A stretch of 64,000 nucleotides of DNA from Bryobacterales bacterium. GTDB lineage: Bacteria; Acidobacteriota; Terriglobia; Bryobacterales; UBA6623. A program made the translations under genes and the position numbers. Location of the stretch: NCBI GenBank assembly GCA_965226435.1, contig CBDDCY010000008.1:342925-406924 (forward strand), read 5' to 3'. Shown one piece after another: positions 19,825 through 30,159 of this stretch. The notes under the pieces were generated by a model, which saw nothing but the letters and a program-made list of their open reading frames with translations, had not been told where the DNA came from and ran no database searches. Within the stretch, counting starts at the first letter, position 1. Each line of letters begins with the position of its first letter.

Positions 19825-20564
19825 TTCGGGTCAATCTATTGCAGCCGCGTATTTCCGCGGTTCCCGACGCACCGCGGCCGGCCGCTAGGGCGCGAAAGCG
19901 GCCGATGTTTATTTCCGGATACGAAGCGGCGCTGGGCGTGGTTCTGCTCGCCGGCGGCGCAACAGCGATGTTCTTCTATTTCGACGGTTCGGTGGACGGG
20001 GAAGATCCACGGCAGGCCCCGCCGGTGGTCGCGGTCGCCCCGGACGAGAGCTCCGCCGATCCGGCCGATGTCGACGAGCCGGCCGAGACCGCGCCGGACG
20101 CGGCGAATGCAGCGCCAAGCGACAGCCCGGCCGCTTCGGAGCCGGTGGAGGCCGAACCGGCGGCGGAGCCCCCTACCGACGTTGCGAAGCGACCGCCGCC
20201 CGCGACCCCGGCTCCTTCGACTTCGGCTTCTTCGCCGTTACGGTTAAGCAATCTTAATATCGCCAACCGCAACGGGGATCTCAAAATGACGCTCACCTTG
20301 AGCGGCCGCCCCTCCTACAAGAAGTTTCAACTCAACAACCCGAACCGCATCGTGATCGATATCGCCAATGCGCGTGTTGGCTTGCGACGTTCCAATTTGG
20401 TTCAGAATGTCGATCACCCTTTGGTGAGACGCGTTCGGGTGGGGCAATTCGCGCAAGATCCCTGGGTCACTCGGCTTGTCCTCGACGTCACGCAATTCCC
20501 CAATTTGCTCTTGTTTCCGCACTCGGGCGGCTTGGATATCCAAGTATCGAAAAGCGGCCAATGA
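19821..20564 (+). CDS. PilN-like N-terminus fused to a C-terminal AMIN domain
   Basis: MIRVNLLQPR plus one TM helix (PilN signature), an Ala/Pro/Glu-rich linker, then an AMIN-like segment (PNRIVIDIANARVGL...VRRVRVGQFAQDPWVTRLVLDV). Confidence 0.65.
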   Translation: MIRVNLLQPRISAVPDAPRPAARARKRPMFISGYEAALGVVLLAGGATAMFFYFDGSVDGEDPRQAPPVVAVAPDESSADPADVDEPAETAPDAANAAPSDSPAASEPVEAEPAAEPPTDVAKRPPPATPAPSTSASSPLRLSNLNIANRNGDLKMTLTLSGRPSYKKFQLNNPNRIVIDIANARVGLRRSNLVQNVDHPLVRRVRVGQFAQDPWVTRLVLDVTQFPNLLLFPHSGGLDIQVSKSGQ

Positions 20565-21670
20565 GCGCGGCGGCAACGACGAAAAAGCGGGAGAAAAGTC
20601 CCTATCCGGGACGTCGACTTCGCTTACGTAAGTTGCTCGCCTCCGAGGACCAAGAGTATTTCTTCGTCTCGGGCCTCGCGAATATCCGCTACCTGACGGG
20701 GTTTCACGGAAGCAACGGTATTGTTCTCATCGCCCCCGAGGCAACCGTGCTCTACACGGACGGCCGCTATGCGATCCAGGCTCGACAGCAGGCCGTTGAC
20801 GTGGACATTCAAGTGTTCAGCGAGGGATTTCTGTCCGGTGTCATCAAGGATCTCAAGCGCCGCAAGATACGGCGTCTGGGGTTTGAACGCAACCGGCTTT
20901 CCTTTGCTGAGTACCAGTATCTCCGGGAAAATCTCTGCGGATGTCGGTTGAGGCCCCTGATGCAGTTGGTGGAGGCGCAGCGCGCCGTGAAGAATCCCGA
21001 TGAAGTGGAGCGAATTCGCCGCTCCGTCGTGCTGAATTCGAAGGCTTTCGACAACGTATGCCGCCGAGCGCGACCGGAATGGAGCGAATCGCGCATGGCT
21101 GCGGAGATCGAGTACGAAATGTCCTCTTTAGGCGCAACAGGCAAGGCTTTCGACACAATTGTCGCAAGTGGCCCGCGTTCCGCGCTGCCCCATGCGACTC
21201 CTGGAAAGCATCATCTGCGCCGAAATGCGCCGATCGTCGTCGATCAGGGTGCTATACTCGATGGTTATGCGAGTGACATGACTCGTATGATTTGCTTTGG
21301 AAAGCCCGGTGCCCGGTTCAGAGAGCTGCATCGGGCTGTTCGGGAAGCTCAGGCCGCCGCCACGGCTGTGGTCAGGGCGGGTGTTAAGGCCCGAACGGTA
21401 GATCGCGAGGCCCGCCGGGTTCTCCGGAAGTTTAAGCTGGAAAGGGCCTTTCCGCATTCCACCGGGCATGGCTTGGGATTGGAAATACACGAGCCGCCGC
21501 GGGTAGGTCCCACGGAAGAGGCACGGCTGGTGACCGGAATGGTGATTACGATCGAACCGGGCGCTTACCTCGAAGATGTGGGGGGAGTTCGGATCGAGGA
21601 TGTTGTGGCCGTGACGCCGACCGGTTGCCGTGTGTTGACGAAAACGTCGCGACAACTGCGCGTCCTATGA
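20561..21670 (+). CDS. Xaa-Pro aminopeptidase / M24 family metallopeptidase
   Basis: Creatinase-like N-domain and a pita-bread catalytic domain (DGYASDMTR, HSTGHGLGLEIHE, VITIEPG, VRIED). Confidence 0.85.
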   Translation: MSAAATTKKREKSPYPGRRLRLRKLLASEDQEYFFVSGLANIRYLTGFHGSNGIVLIAPEATVLYTDGRYAIQARQQAVDVDIQVFSEGFLSGVIKDLKRRKIRRLGFERNRLSFAEYQYLRENLCGCRLRPLMQLVEAQRAVKNPDEVERIRRSVVLNSKAFDNVCRRARPEWSESRMAAEIEYEMSSLGATGKAFDTIVASGPRSALPHATPGKHHLRRNAPIVVDQGAILDGYASDMTRMICFGKPGARFRELHRAVREAQAAATAVVRAGVKARTVDREARRVLRKFKLERAFPHSTGHGLGLEIHEPPRVGPTEEARLVTGMVITIEPGAYLEDVGGVRIEDVVAVTPTGCRVLTKTSRQLRVL

Positions 21671-21723
21671 TCCTCTACCGGGCTGAGCGTTCTTTCATCG
21701 ATTCGTTCGCGGCGCACTAAATC

Positions 21724-22230
21724 ATGGATCTGAGAAAAATCAAAGCATTGATCGAGGCGGTGACCGAGGGCGATATCGCCGAACTCGAGGTCGAGTCGAA
21801 AGAGGGCACCGTCCGCATTCGACGCGATCCCCGCCATGAAGACGCGGCAAAGCCGTACGTCGTCATGTCGAATCCCGCCCTGAGTACACCCGAAGCCGCC
21901 CCGGCGGCCTTGCCCGCCCCGCTCGATCAGCCGGTCATTTCCCCTTCCGAGCCGACAGCGGATTCCGCGGCCGACGATGATGAGGACGCCGAAGTCATCA
22001 CCTCGCCCATTGTGGGGACTTTCTATGAATCGCCATCGCCCGACGCATCGGCTTTCGTCGAGATCGGCGACACCGTCAAGGCCGGACAGGTTCTTTGCAT
22101 TATCGAGGCGATGAAGCTGATGAACGAAATCGAAGCTGAAGTCGGCGGCGTCGTGGTCAAGCGATTCGTCTCCAATGGCCAGCCCGTCGAATACGGCGAG
22201 AAACTGTTCGCCGTCAAACCCGGCGCCTGA
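21724..22230 (+). CDS. accB: Acetyl-CoA carboxylase biotin carboxyl carrier protein
   Basis: Biotinylation motif [14 protein letters not shown], Pro/Ala linker, located directly upstream of accC. Confidence 0.92.
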   Translation: MDLRKIKALIEAVTEGDIAELEVESKEGTVRIRRDPRHEDAAKPYVVMSNPALSTPEAAPAALPAPLDQPVISPSEPTADSAADDDEDAEVITSPIVGTFYESPSPDASAFVEIGDTVKAGQVLCIIEAMKLMNEIEAEVGGVVVKRFVSNGQPVEYGEKLFAVKPGA

Positions 22231-22290
22231 GGGGCTGTAAAACAGACCGCTGGGCACAGCCCCCATTTTTTCACGAGAGTCGCGCTTTCC

Positions 22291-23631
22291 ATGATTCGAA
22301 AATTGCTTGTCGCCAATCGCGGAGAAATCGCCCTGCGGGTGATTACCGCTTGCAAGGATCTGGGGATCCGCACGGTCGCCGTGTATTCGGAAGCCGACCG
22401 CGAATCGCTGCACGTCCGCCACGCCGATGAAGCGCTCTGCATCGGCCCGCCTCGAAGCGCCGATAGCTATCTCAATGTACCGGCGGTGATCAGCGCCGCC
22501 GAAGTCACCGATGCCGACGCGATTCACCCGGGCTATGGTTTCCTGGCCGAGGACGCCTCGTTCGCGGAGGTCTGCGAGGTCTCGGGGATTACGTTTATCG
22601 GACCCGATCCCGAGATCACCCGCCTAATGGGCGATAAGGCCGAGGCTCGCCGCGCGGTCAAGAAGGCCGGTCTGCCGATCTTGCCCGGCACCGAGAACCC
22701 GATTCATTCCGTGGACGAGGCGCGGCGCGCGGCCGACGAAATCGGCTACCCGGTGATTATCAAAGCCGCGGCGGGCGGGGGCGGCCGCGGCATGCGTGTC
22801 GTCGAGAGTGCCAAGCGCTTGGATGAACTGTTTCACCAGGCGCAGCACGAAGCCGCGGTCAGTTTCCACTCCTCGGACGTTTATCTCGAAAAATACGTCG
22901 AGCGGCCGCGGCATATCGAGTTTCAAGTCCTCGGCGACCGTCACGGCAAAGTAGTCGCGCTAGGCGAACGGGAATGTTCGATCCAGCGACGGCATCAGAA
23001 ATTGATCGAGGAGGCCCCGTCGCCCACCCTCGACGCCGCGACTCGCAACGATCTCTCCGAAAGAATTGAGGTGGCGCTCTCTGAGATCGGCTATTCGAAC
23101 GCCGGGACGGTCGAGTTTCTGATGGATGAAGACGGCCATCTGCATTTCATCGAGATGAACGCTCGCATCCAGGTGGAACACCCCGTGACCGAGGCGATCA
23201 CGGGTATCGATCTGGTGAAGAGCCAAATTCTGCTGGCTGACGGCGCGCATCTTTTCGATGTCGTGCCTGAGAAGATTGAAGTCCGCGGTCACGCCATCGA
23301 GTGCCGTGTCAACGCCGAGAATCCCGAGACATTCGTGCCATCGGCCGGGCGTATCACGAACATGATTCCGCCCGGAGGAATCGGTGTCAGGGTCGACACG
23401 GCGGCCTATAGCGGCTGGGTCGTGCCGCCTTATTACGACTCTCTGGTAGCGAAGTTAATCGTCCACGGGCGAGATCGGACCGAAGCGGTGACCCGCATGC
23501 AAAGGGCTCTCGATCTGTTTGTCGTCGAGGGGATTCACACGTCGATTCCGCTCCATCAAAGGATCATGGCCGACGCGGATTTTTCGTTGGGCAAATTCGA
23601 TACGCATTTTATCGAACGCCTGCTCGGCTGA
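22291..23631 (+). CDS. accC: Acetyl-CoA carboxylase biotin carboxylase subunit
   Basis: 446 aa with canonical MIRKLLVANRGEIALRVI, ATP-grasp motifs (GYPVIIKAAAGGGGRGMRVV) and EMNARIQVEHPVTE. Confidence 0.95.
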   Translation: MIRKLLVANRGEIALRVITACKDLGIRTVAVYSEADRESLHVRHADEALCIGPPRSADSYLNVPAVISAAEVTDADAIHPGYGFLAEDASFAEVCEVSGITFIGPDPEITRLMGDKAEARRAVKKAGLPILPGTENPIHSVDEARRAADEIGYPVIIKAAAGGGGRGMRVVESAKRLDELFHQAQHEAAVSFHSSDVYLEKYVERPRHIEFQVLGDRHGKVVALGERECSIQRRHQKLIEEAPSPTLDAATRNDLSERIEVALSEIGYSNAGTVEFLMDEDGHLHFIEMNARIQVEHPVTEAITGIDLVKSQILLADGAHLFDVVPEKIEVRGHAIECRVNAENPETFVPSAGRITNMIPPGGIGVRVDTAAYSGWVVPPYYDSLVAKLIVHGRDRTEAVTRMQRALDLFVVEGIHTSIPLHQRIMADADFSLGKFDTHFIERLLG

Positions 23632-23653
23632 CTCACTTAGCGGCAAACGCCCC

Positions 23654-24943
23654 ATGGCGCAAATCCCATCTTGGCGCAAGACGTGGCGCACCCCCAGACG
23701 CATTCCCCAGGGCTCGAGCCGAGTCACCCACGCCCCGTGCATGCTCGCGGTCGCCTGTCTCGCCGTCAATGCTTTCGCCGCCGATTGGCCCCAGTTTCTC
23801 GGCCCCAACCGTGACGGCGTCTACACCGCCGACGACCTCGCGGAAACTTGGCCGCCCCAAGGCCCCTCGCAAGTGTGGGAACGAGCGGTCGGCGAAGGCT
23901 ACAGCAACCCGGTCGTTGCCAAGGGTCGCGTGATCTTATTCCACCGCGAAGGCGACCAAGATGTCGTGGAGGCGCTCGACGCCGAAACGGGCGACGAGAT
24001 TTGGTCCTTTTCCTACTCCACCGATTACCGCGATGATTTCGGTTTCAGCGATGGGCCGCGTTCAAGTCCGGTGGTTGTCGGCGGACAAGTCTATACCTTC
24101 GGGGCCCAAGGCATGTTGCATTGTCTGCAGTTTGTTTCGGGCCGCAAACTCTGGAGCCTTGACACACACCGCGAATTCGGCGTCCGCAAAGGGTTTTTCG
24201 GAGCATCGGGGACTCCGCTGGTCGAAGGACCGCGAATCTTCTTGAATGTCGGCGGTGCCGGCGCGGGGCTCATTGCACTGGATAAGGACGTCGGTCGGCT
24301 GCTTTGGAAAACGGGCTCCGACGAGGCTTCCTACGCTTCTCCCGTGAAGACTCGTTTGGGAGAAGAATCGGCGATTCTTTTCTTCACCCGAAACGGATTG
24401 GTTGGCGTGCGACCTCGGACCGGAGAGGTCGTGCTCGAACACCGCTGGCGGGCGCGCAGCCGCAATTCCGTGAACGCGGCCACGCCCCTCGTTGTCGACG
24501 ACACGGTTTTTCTCTCGTCAAGTTATGGAACCGGCGCGACGGTCGTGCGGTTACAGAGCGGGGAAGTGCAAACTCTGTGGGCGTCGGACGACGTGTTGAC
24601 CAACCACTACGCGACAAGCGTTCACAAGGACGGTGTGCTCTACGGGTTTCACGGTCGGCAAGAATACTCGCCGAGCTTTCGCGCCGCCGACTGGAAGACC
24701 GGCAAAGTGCATTGGAGCGAGGAGCGCTTCGGCGGCGGTTCAGTGATCGTGGCGGGCGACCGCTTATTGATTCAGCGCGAGAACGGCGAACTCGTCTTGG
24801 CGTCCGCGACGCCGGAGCGGTTCGAAGTGATCTCACGGGCGCAAATTCTGCAAGGAACCGTGAGGGCGTACGCGGCCCTCGCGGACGGACTCTACTACGT
24901 ACGCAACGGCGATACGCTGGTCTGCGTGAAGCTGAAGCAATAG
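23654..24943 (+). CDS. PQQ-like beta-propeller repeat protein (BamB-like fold), secreted
   Basis: The ATG at 23654 avoids overlap with accC. Signal peptide ...LAVACLAVNAFAADWPQFLGPNRDG, then repeated propeller blades. Confidence 0.7.
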   Translation: MAQIPSWRKTWRTPRRIPQGSSRVTHAPCMLAVACLAVNAFAADWPQFLGPNRDGVYTADDLAETWPPQGPSQVWERAVGEGYSNPVVAKGRVILFHREGDQDVVEALDAETGDEIWSFSYSTDYRDDFGFSDGPRSSPVVVGGQVYTFGAQGMLHCLQFVSGRKLWSLDTHREFGVRKGFFGASGTPLVEGPRIFLNVGGAGAGLIALDKDVGRLLWKTGSDEASYASPVKTRLGEESAILFFTRNGLVGVRPRTGEVVLEHRWRARSRNSVNAATPLVVDDTVFLSSSYGTGATVVRLQSGEVQTLWASDDVLTNHYATSVHKDGVLYGFHGRQEYSPSFRAADWKTGKVHWSEERFGGGSVIVAGDRLLIQRENGELVLASATPERFEVISRAQILQGTVRAYAALADGLYYVRNGDTLVCVKLKQ

Positions 24944-24993
24944 TCAACGCGGAACTCACCTACGACGGGTCAATTCTGCCCGCATTTTTCAGC

Positions 24994-25983
24994 TCAATGT
25001 TTATCGATATCCAAGCGCAGGATATTGCCCTCGTCCGCCGAGGCCAGGATGGATTCGGGTGCGTACTTGCCGGCCATCATCCGCGTGACCGCCACAATGC
25101 CGCCGCCGAAAATCATGAGAAACACGAGAAGACAGCAGAAGATAATGATGTCGGTAAGCAGCGTGGCCAAGTTTTCACTGCGCGTCATCTCACGATGATG
25201 AGGCGTGATTTCGGCGGCATAGCGAACGCGCGCCAACAGACGTTGCGCCTCGTCGGCGGAAGGTGGATTGGGCACTACCGCCACCAATGGGCCGGAACGC
25301 TTGACGACCGCGGCGTCCAACTGGTTGAAGGCCTCGAATTGGTCGCGCGCGATTTGCGGCGTGGGGTAGCTGAAGAGCAGCAGTTTGTGTTCGCCGTTCG
25401 GAGTTGCGTAGCGGCCGTAGTGGGCCTCTGTCCCGAAATGAAAGGCCGCAACCGACGGGGGGATCGTCGGCGCGACTCGCTCGAGCCCCGCCGGCCCCAG
25501 AATGTGGCGCGTCGAGTGAGGAACGATTTGGTCGGTCGGGAAATAGGCCACCAAAGGGGGCAGCGCCGTCATTTGCACGCGCGGCAAAAAAGCCAACATC
25601 AACTCGACATGTTCGTCGACCGGATCGGCGCCCCGCATTTCGATCACGTAGTTACCAAAACGGATCAGCGTCCGGTCGCCGCTTCGAACCGCGCCCTCGC
25701 CGTAAGGCCGCGCGACACCCTCCGCCGGCTGCAGCGATAAGAAAGCCGCGAAAGCCCCGGTCGGGTCCTGGAAACGCCGAGCCGTGATATCCACCGATGG
25801 GCCGGCCTGGGTGACGTAGCGCGCCGTTTCGCCTTCCTCGAAGCCGAATTCCAGATAGAGGTCTCTGTTGTCGGGAGTATAGGCCTCGACGCTCTTGCGC
25901 TCAAACTCGCCCAATGCCTCGGGCAACAACGCCGCCCCGGCCAACAGCGGGAAAAGCAATAAAAGCGAAACGATTCTAGTCAT
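24994..25983 (-). CDS. Hypothetical exported protein with a C-terminal transmembrane anchor
   Basis: The ATG at 25983 (MTRIVSLLLLFPLLAGAALL) avoids overlap with secA. C-terminal TM helix LLTDIIIFCCLLVFLMIFGGGIVAV. Confidence 0.6.
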   Translation of the reverse strand: MTRIVSLLLLFPLLAGAALLPEALGEFERKSVEAYTPDNRDLYLEFGFEEGETARYVTQAGPSVDITARRFQDPTGAFAAFLSLQPAEGVARPYGEGAVRSGDRTLIRFGNYVIEMRGADPVDEHVELMLAFLPRVQMTALPPLVAYFPTDQIVPHSTRHILGPAGLERVAPTIPPSVAAFHFGTEAHYGRYATPNGEHKLLLFSYPTPQIARDQFEAFNQLDAAVVKRSGPLVAVVPNPPSADEAQRLLARVRYAAEITPHHREMTRSENLATLLTDIIIFCCLLVFLMIFGGGIVAVTRMMAGKYAPESILASADEGNILRLDIDKH

Positions 25984-26047
25984 GCGGTGGGGCCGACATC
26001 CAGGCCCGCCCATCCTAAACTTGTGACCGAGCACTTGTATCGAACGA

Positions 26048-28846
26048 TCAAGCCGCCCGACCGCAGCACTTCTTATACTTCTTGCCGCTGCCGCAAGGGC
26101 AGGGCTGATTGCGACCGACTTTCCGGCCGCCCACGACCTGCTTGACCTGGGGCTGCGCGTCGCCCGCTCCGGCCATCCGAACATGCTGCATCTCGCGCTC
26201 TTTCTTGCGCAAAATGTCGCGGGAAACTTCTTCCAGGCTCGATCCCGAATTTGTCGTCACCGCTTCGGGGCGGGACCGCACGGGGCGTGGCCCCAGGGTC
26301 TCGCCATCGTCTTCGATCGTCGATCCGGCGGTGGGTTCGGCCAGCTGCAAATTGAAGAGGAATCGAATGGCCTCGTCCTCGAACCGCGCCATCATATCCT
26401 GGAAAAGCTGGAAAGACTCTTTCTTGTACTCGACCAAGGGGTCGCGCTGGCCGTAGCCACGCAGGCTGATCCCTTCCTTGAGGTGATCCATCGAGAGCAG
26501 ATGGTCTTTCCATTGCCCGTCGAGCAGCTGCAGCAGGATCATGCGCTCGGTATAGCGCAGCCGCTCGGCGCCGATGGCTTTTTCCTTTTGCTCGTAGAGA
26601 TCGCGGAGGTGCTCGAAGATCACGTTCGTGATGCCGTCGGGCCCCAATCCCTCGATTTCGAGGCCGTCGATCTTTTCGCCGAAATGCCCGGCGATGTCGG
26701 TTCCCAGGCCCGCCAAGTCCCAGGTGTCGGGGTGCACCCTCTCGGGGCAACGCGACTTGACGGTGTCTTCGACCAAGTCTTCAGCCAAACCGATGACGTA
26801 TGCCTTCTGGTCATTGCCTTCGAGCAGCTTGCGGCGCATGCCGTAGACGGCTTCACGCTGCTTGTTCATCACGTCGTCGTATTCAAGCAGGTGTTTGCGG
26901 GCGGCGAAGTTCTGGGCCTCGACGTTTTTTTGCGCCGCTTCGATGCGCTTGGAGATCAGTCCGGACTCGATCGGGATATCCTCTTCCATGCCCAGCTTGA
27001 GCATCAGATTTTGCATCTTCTCGCCGCCGAAGATGCGCATCAGATCGTCTTGCAGCGAGAGGTAGAAACGCGAGCTTCCGGGATCGCCTTGGCGTCCGGC
27101 GCGGCCGCGAAGCTGATTGTCGATGCGGCGCGATTCGTGGCGCTCGGTGCCGACGATGTGGAGCCCGCCGAGCGCGACGACCTCGTCATGTTCGGCGTCG
27201 GTTTGGGCTTTGCAGGCCCGTAGTTCGGCGTCCCATTCCTCCGGCGTCAGATCATCGCGATTCTTGCCCTTCTTCAAAAGGGATTGTTGGGCCCGAAACT
27301 CCGGATTACCGCCCAACAGAATGTCCGTTCCGCGGCCGGCCATATTGGTTGAGACCGTGATGGCCCCTTTGCTTCCCGCTTGCGCGACGATCAAGGCTTC
27401 GCGGTCGTGCTGCTTGGCGTTCAAGACCTCGTGCTTGACGCCCATTTTCTTGAGGATCTTCGAAAGCTTCTCGGATCTGTCGATCGAGATCGTCCCGACC
27501 AGCACGGGTTGCCCGGCCTCGTGACATTCCTTGATTTCGATCGCCGCGTTGCGGAATTTTTCTTCCTCGGTGCGGTAAACGACATCCGGATATTCCGTCC
27601 GAATCAACTCTTTGTTGGTTGGGATGACGATAACTTCGAGTTTGTAAATATTCCCGAACTCCGCCGCCTCGGTGTCGGCCGTACCGGTCATCCCCGACAG
27701 TTTCGAGTACATGCGGAAATAGTTCTGGAACGTAACCGTCGCCAGCGTCTGATTTTCCTTTTGAATCTTGACGCGTTCCTTGGCTTCGACGGCTTGGTGC
27801 AGCCCGTCGCTCCAGCGGCGGCCCGGCATCAGGCGCCCCGTGAATTCATCGACGATGATGACCTGGCCCTCTTTGACGACGTAGTCTTTGTCGCGCTGAA
27901 AGAGCGAATGGGCCTTGAGGGCCTGCTCGACACAGTGTTTGACTTCGTAGTTAACCAGGTCGTTGATGTTGCCGATGCCGAGGGCTTTTTCGATCTTCTC
28001 CTCGCCTTGTTCGGTCAGAAACGCCGTGCGGTGTTTTTCCTCGAGAATGTAGTCTGCGGTATAGGTGTGTTCGCGGGGCTCGTCGCCTTCGATCACCTCG
28101 CCTTGCTCGAGTTTCGGGATGGCGCGATTGACTTTGTAGTACTTGTCGGTCGACTCTTCGCTCGGCCCGGAAATGATCAGCGGCGTGCGCGCTTCGTCGA
28201 CCAGGATCGAATCGACTTCGTCGACAATGGCGTAATGGTGAGGACGCTGCACGCAACCCGCGTTCTCGAACTTCATGTTGTCGCGCAAGTAGTCGAAGCC
28301 GAATTCGTTGTTGGTGCCGTAAGTGATGTCGGCGGCGTAGGCTTGTCGCCGTTCCTTGTCGGTCAGGCCGTGGACAATCACGCCCACGGAAAGTCCTAGG
28401 AAACCGTACAGCTTGCCCATCCACTCCGAGTCGCGGCGGGCCAGGTAATCGTTGACCGTGATGACGTGAACGCCTTTTCCTTCAATGGCGTTGAGGTAGG
28501 CCGGCAGAGTGGCGACCAGCGTCTTGCCTTCGCCCGTTTTCATCTCCGCGATCTGCCCGCGGTGCAAGACGACGCCGCCGATCAGTTGCACGTCGTAGTG
28601 CCGCATGCCGAGCACCCGGCGGCCGGCCTCGCGGCAGACCGCGAAGGCTTCGGGCAGTAAATCGTCGAGAGTTTCGCCTTGTTCGAAGCGCTGTTTGAAT
28701 TCGCCTGTTTTCGCCCGCAGTTCTTCGTCCGAGGTTTGTTCGACGCCCGATTCGAAAGCGTTAATCGACTCGACAAGCGGCGCCATCCGCTTGATTTCAC
28801 GATTGTGCTTTGTCCCGAAGACCTTCGTGAAAAGATTGTCGATCAT
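26048..28846 (-). CDS. secA: Preprotein translocase ATPase SecA
   Basis: 932 aa. [25 protein letters not shown] motor motifs ([27 protein letters not shown]) and a C-terminal zinc motif [14 protein letters not shown]. Confidence 0.97.
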   Translation of the reverse strand: MIDNLFTKVFGTKHNREIKRMAPLVESINAFESGVEQTSDEELRAKTGEFKQRFEQGETLDDLLPEAFAVCREAGRRVLGMRHYDVQLIGGVVLHRGQIAEMKTGEGKTLVATLPAYLNAIEGKGVHVITVNDYLARRDSEWMGKLYGFLGLSVGVIVHGLTDKERRQAYAADITYGTNNEFGFDYLRDNMKFENAGCVQRPHHYAIVDEVDSILVDEARTPLIISGPSEESTDKYYKVNRAIPKLEQGEVIEGDEPREHTYTADYILEEKHRTAFLTEQGEEKIEKALGIGNINDLVNYEVKHCVEQALKAHSLFQRDKDYVVKEGQVIIVDEFTGRLMPGRRWSDGLHQAVEAKERVKIQKENQTLATVTFQNYFRMYSKLSGMTGTADTEAAEFGNIYKLEVIVIPTNKELIRTEYPDVVYRTEEEKFRNAAIEIKECHEAGQPVLVGTISIDRSEKLSKILKKMGVKHEVLNAKQHDREALIVAQAGSKGAITVSTNMAGRGTDILLGGNPEFRAQQSLLKKGKNRDDLTPEEWDAELRACKAQTDAEHDEVVALGGLHIVGTERHESRRIDNQLRGRAGRQGDPGSSRFYLSLQDDLMRIFGGEKMQNLMLKLGMEEDIPIESGLISKRIEAAQKNVEAQNFAARKHLLEYDDVMNKQREAVYGMRRKLLEGNDQKAYVIGLAEDLVEDTVKSRCPERVHPDTWDLAGLGTDIAGHFGEKIDGLEIEGLGPDGITNVIFEHLRDLYEQKEKAIGAERLRYTERMILLQLLDGQWKDHLLSMDHLKEGISLRGYGQRDPLVEYKKESFQLFQDMMARFEDEAIRFLFNLQLAEPTAGSTIEDDGETLGPRPVRSRPEAVTTNSGSSLEEVSRDILRKKEREMQHVRMAGAGDAQPQVKQVVGGRKVGRNQPCPCGSGKKYKKCCGRAA

Positions 28847-28915
28847 GACGTGGAGAGGCGGGGAATTAGCTTTTAGATGAGCTTTTCCTATTGTAGCGCG
28901 AAGATTCCGCGAGGC

Positions 28916-29899
28916 TTACCGCTTGTCCCGCATCCGCTCGGCGTGGACTCGAGCGACATCGCCCATGTAGTGCTCGAAACGAAATTCTTGGGCGGCCTTT
29001 GTGATGTGGCGTTTCGCGGCATCAGGGTTGCCGAGCGCTTCGTGATAGAGCCCGATGTAAAGATGAGCGTAGAAGAGCGCGGCATCTTGTCGCGACGATG
29101 ACCCTGAAGCGCCCTTGGCCGCGGCCAGAACGTCTTCCACTTGGGCCTCGCCCCGCAACAACGCATAGACCGTCATCATGGGGACTCGCGAGTCGGGACC
29201 GACGGGCAACAGCGCCGCGCGGGCCGCCTCGACGCCGTCTTGGGCGGCTTTGCAGAGAAAATGCCAGAAGGCGTTTTCGACATCGTCGGCGTTGACGGTG
29301 CGGTGGCGCTCGAACTGCCCGATGCATGCCGCGAGTCGCCCGGCGTAGTAGTAGGAAATCCCGCGTTGCCAATGGTAGGGGTCGCTAGGCGGATCGAGTT
29401 CGACGGCTTTGTCGAAATCGGTGATCGACTTGTCGATCCGTCCCATCTTGAAGTACAAGGCCCCGCGCCGGTTGTGAAGCTCGCTCATTTGTGAGAAAGC
29501 TTCGAGGGCATGGGTGTAGTCGCTCAAGGCGTCGGACAAACGCCCGGCGCCCTCGTATATGACGGCCCGACTCAGCCGAGCGCGCGCGGCGGCGGCACTT
29601 CCATCGGATGAGGCAGCCTCGACAGCCTGATCGGCGAGCGTAACAGCCTCGTCGACACGCCCCGCCTGATAGGCCTCGCGAGCCCGGTCTAGTAGTGGGT
29701 ATGCCGCCTGAGCCTGCGGCGCTGCCGTCGCGACAGACGACAAGACGGTTACGACCGCAAGTCCAACCGCCAAGAAGGGCCCGCCACAAACTCCGCGGCC
29801 CAAGCACCCATGGGACCGCTGCTCGGTAGCGATCCGCGGCGGCGTGATGCTCACAGTCTCAAGCCCCCCCGATCCAATGGAAGCCTCCGCTGTTCTCAA
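28916..29899 (-). CDS. Tetratricopeptide repeat protein (NlpI-like), exported
   Basis: Hydrophobic N-terminal segment followed by several TPR-like helical pairs (GRLSDALSDYTHALE, GRIDKSITDFDKAVELDP). Confidence 0.65.
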   Translation of the reverse strand: MRTAEASIGSGGLETVSITPPRIATEQRSHGCLGRGVCGGPFLAVGLAVVTVLSSVATAAPQAQAAYPLLDRAREAYQAGRVDEAVTLADQAVEAASSDGSAAAARARLSRAVIYEGAGRLSDALSDYTHALEAFSQMSELHNRRGALYFKMGRIDKSITDFDKAVELDPPSDPYHWQRGISYYYAGRLAACIGQFERHRTVNADDVENAFWHFLCKAAQDGVEAARAALLPVGPDSRVPMMTVYALLRGEAQVEDVLAAAKGASGSSSRQDAALFYAHLYIGLYHEALGNPDAAKRHITKAAQEFRFEHYMGDVARVHAERMRDKR

Positions 29900-30159
29900 T
29901 CTTCGCGTCCGGCGGGCCGGTCACCCGCCGGGCGTACACGAAGCCCATTCTTGCACAGCTTCCTCCTACGCACCAATCCACGTTCTTGGTCTCCGCCGTC
30001 CGAAATTCTCCAGGGAATTTTTTACAACCCAGGGATTATAGCGAAGCAAGTTGGCGGGCCTCAATGAGATATGATGACCACAGTAGTTGTTTCGTCGCGG
30101 CGGCGGATGGGGCTCTGTGGGGGGGGCTTTGCTGTCGGCTCGAAGCCGCCTTGCACGCA

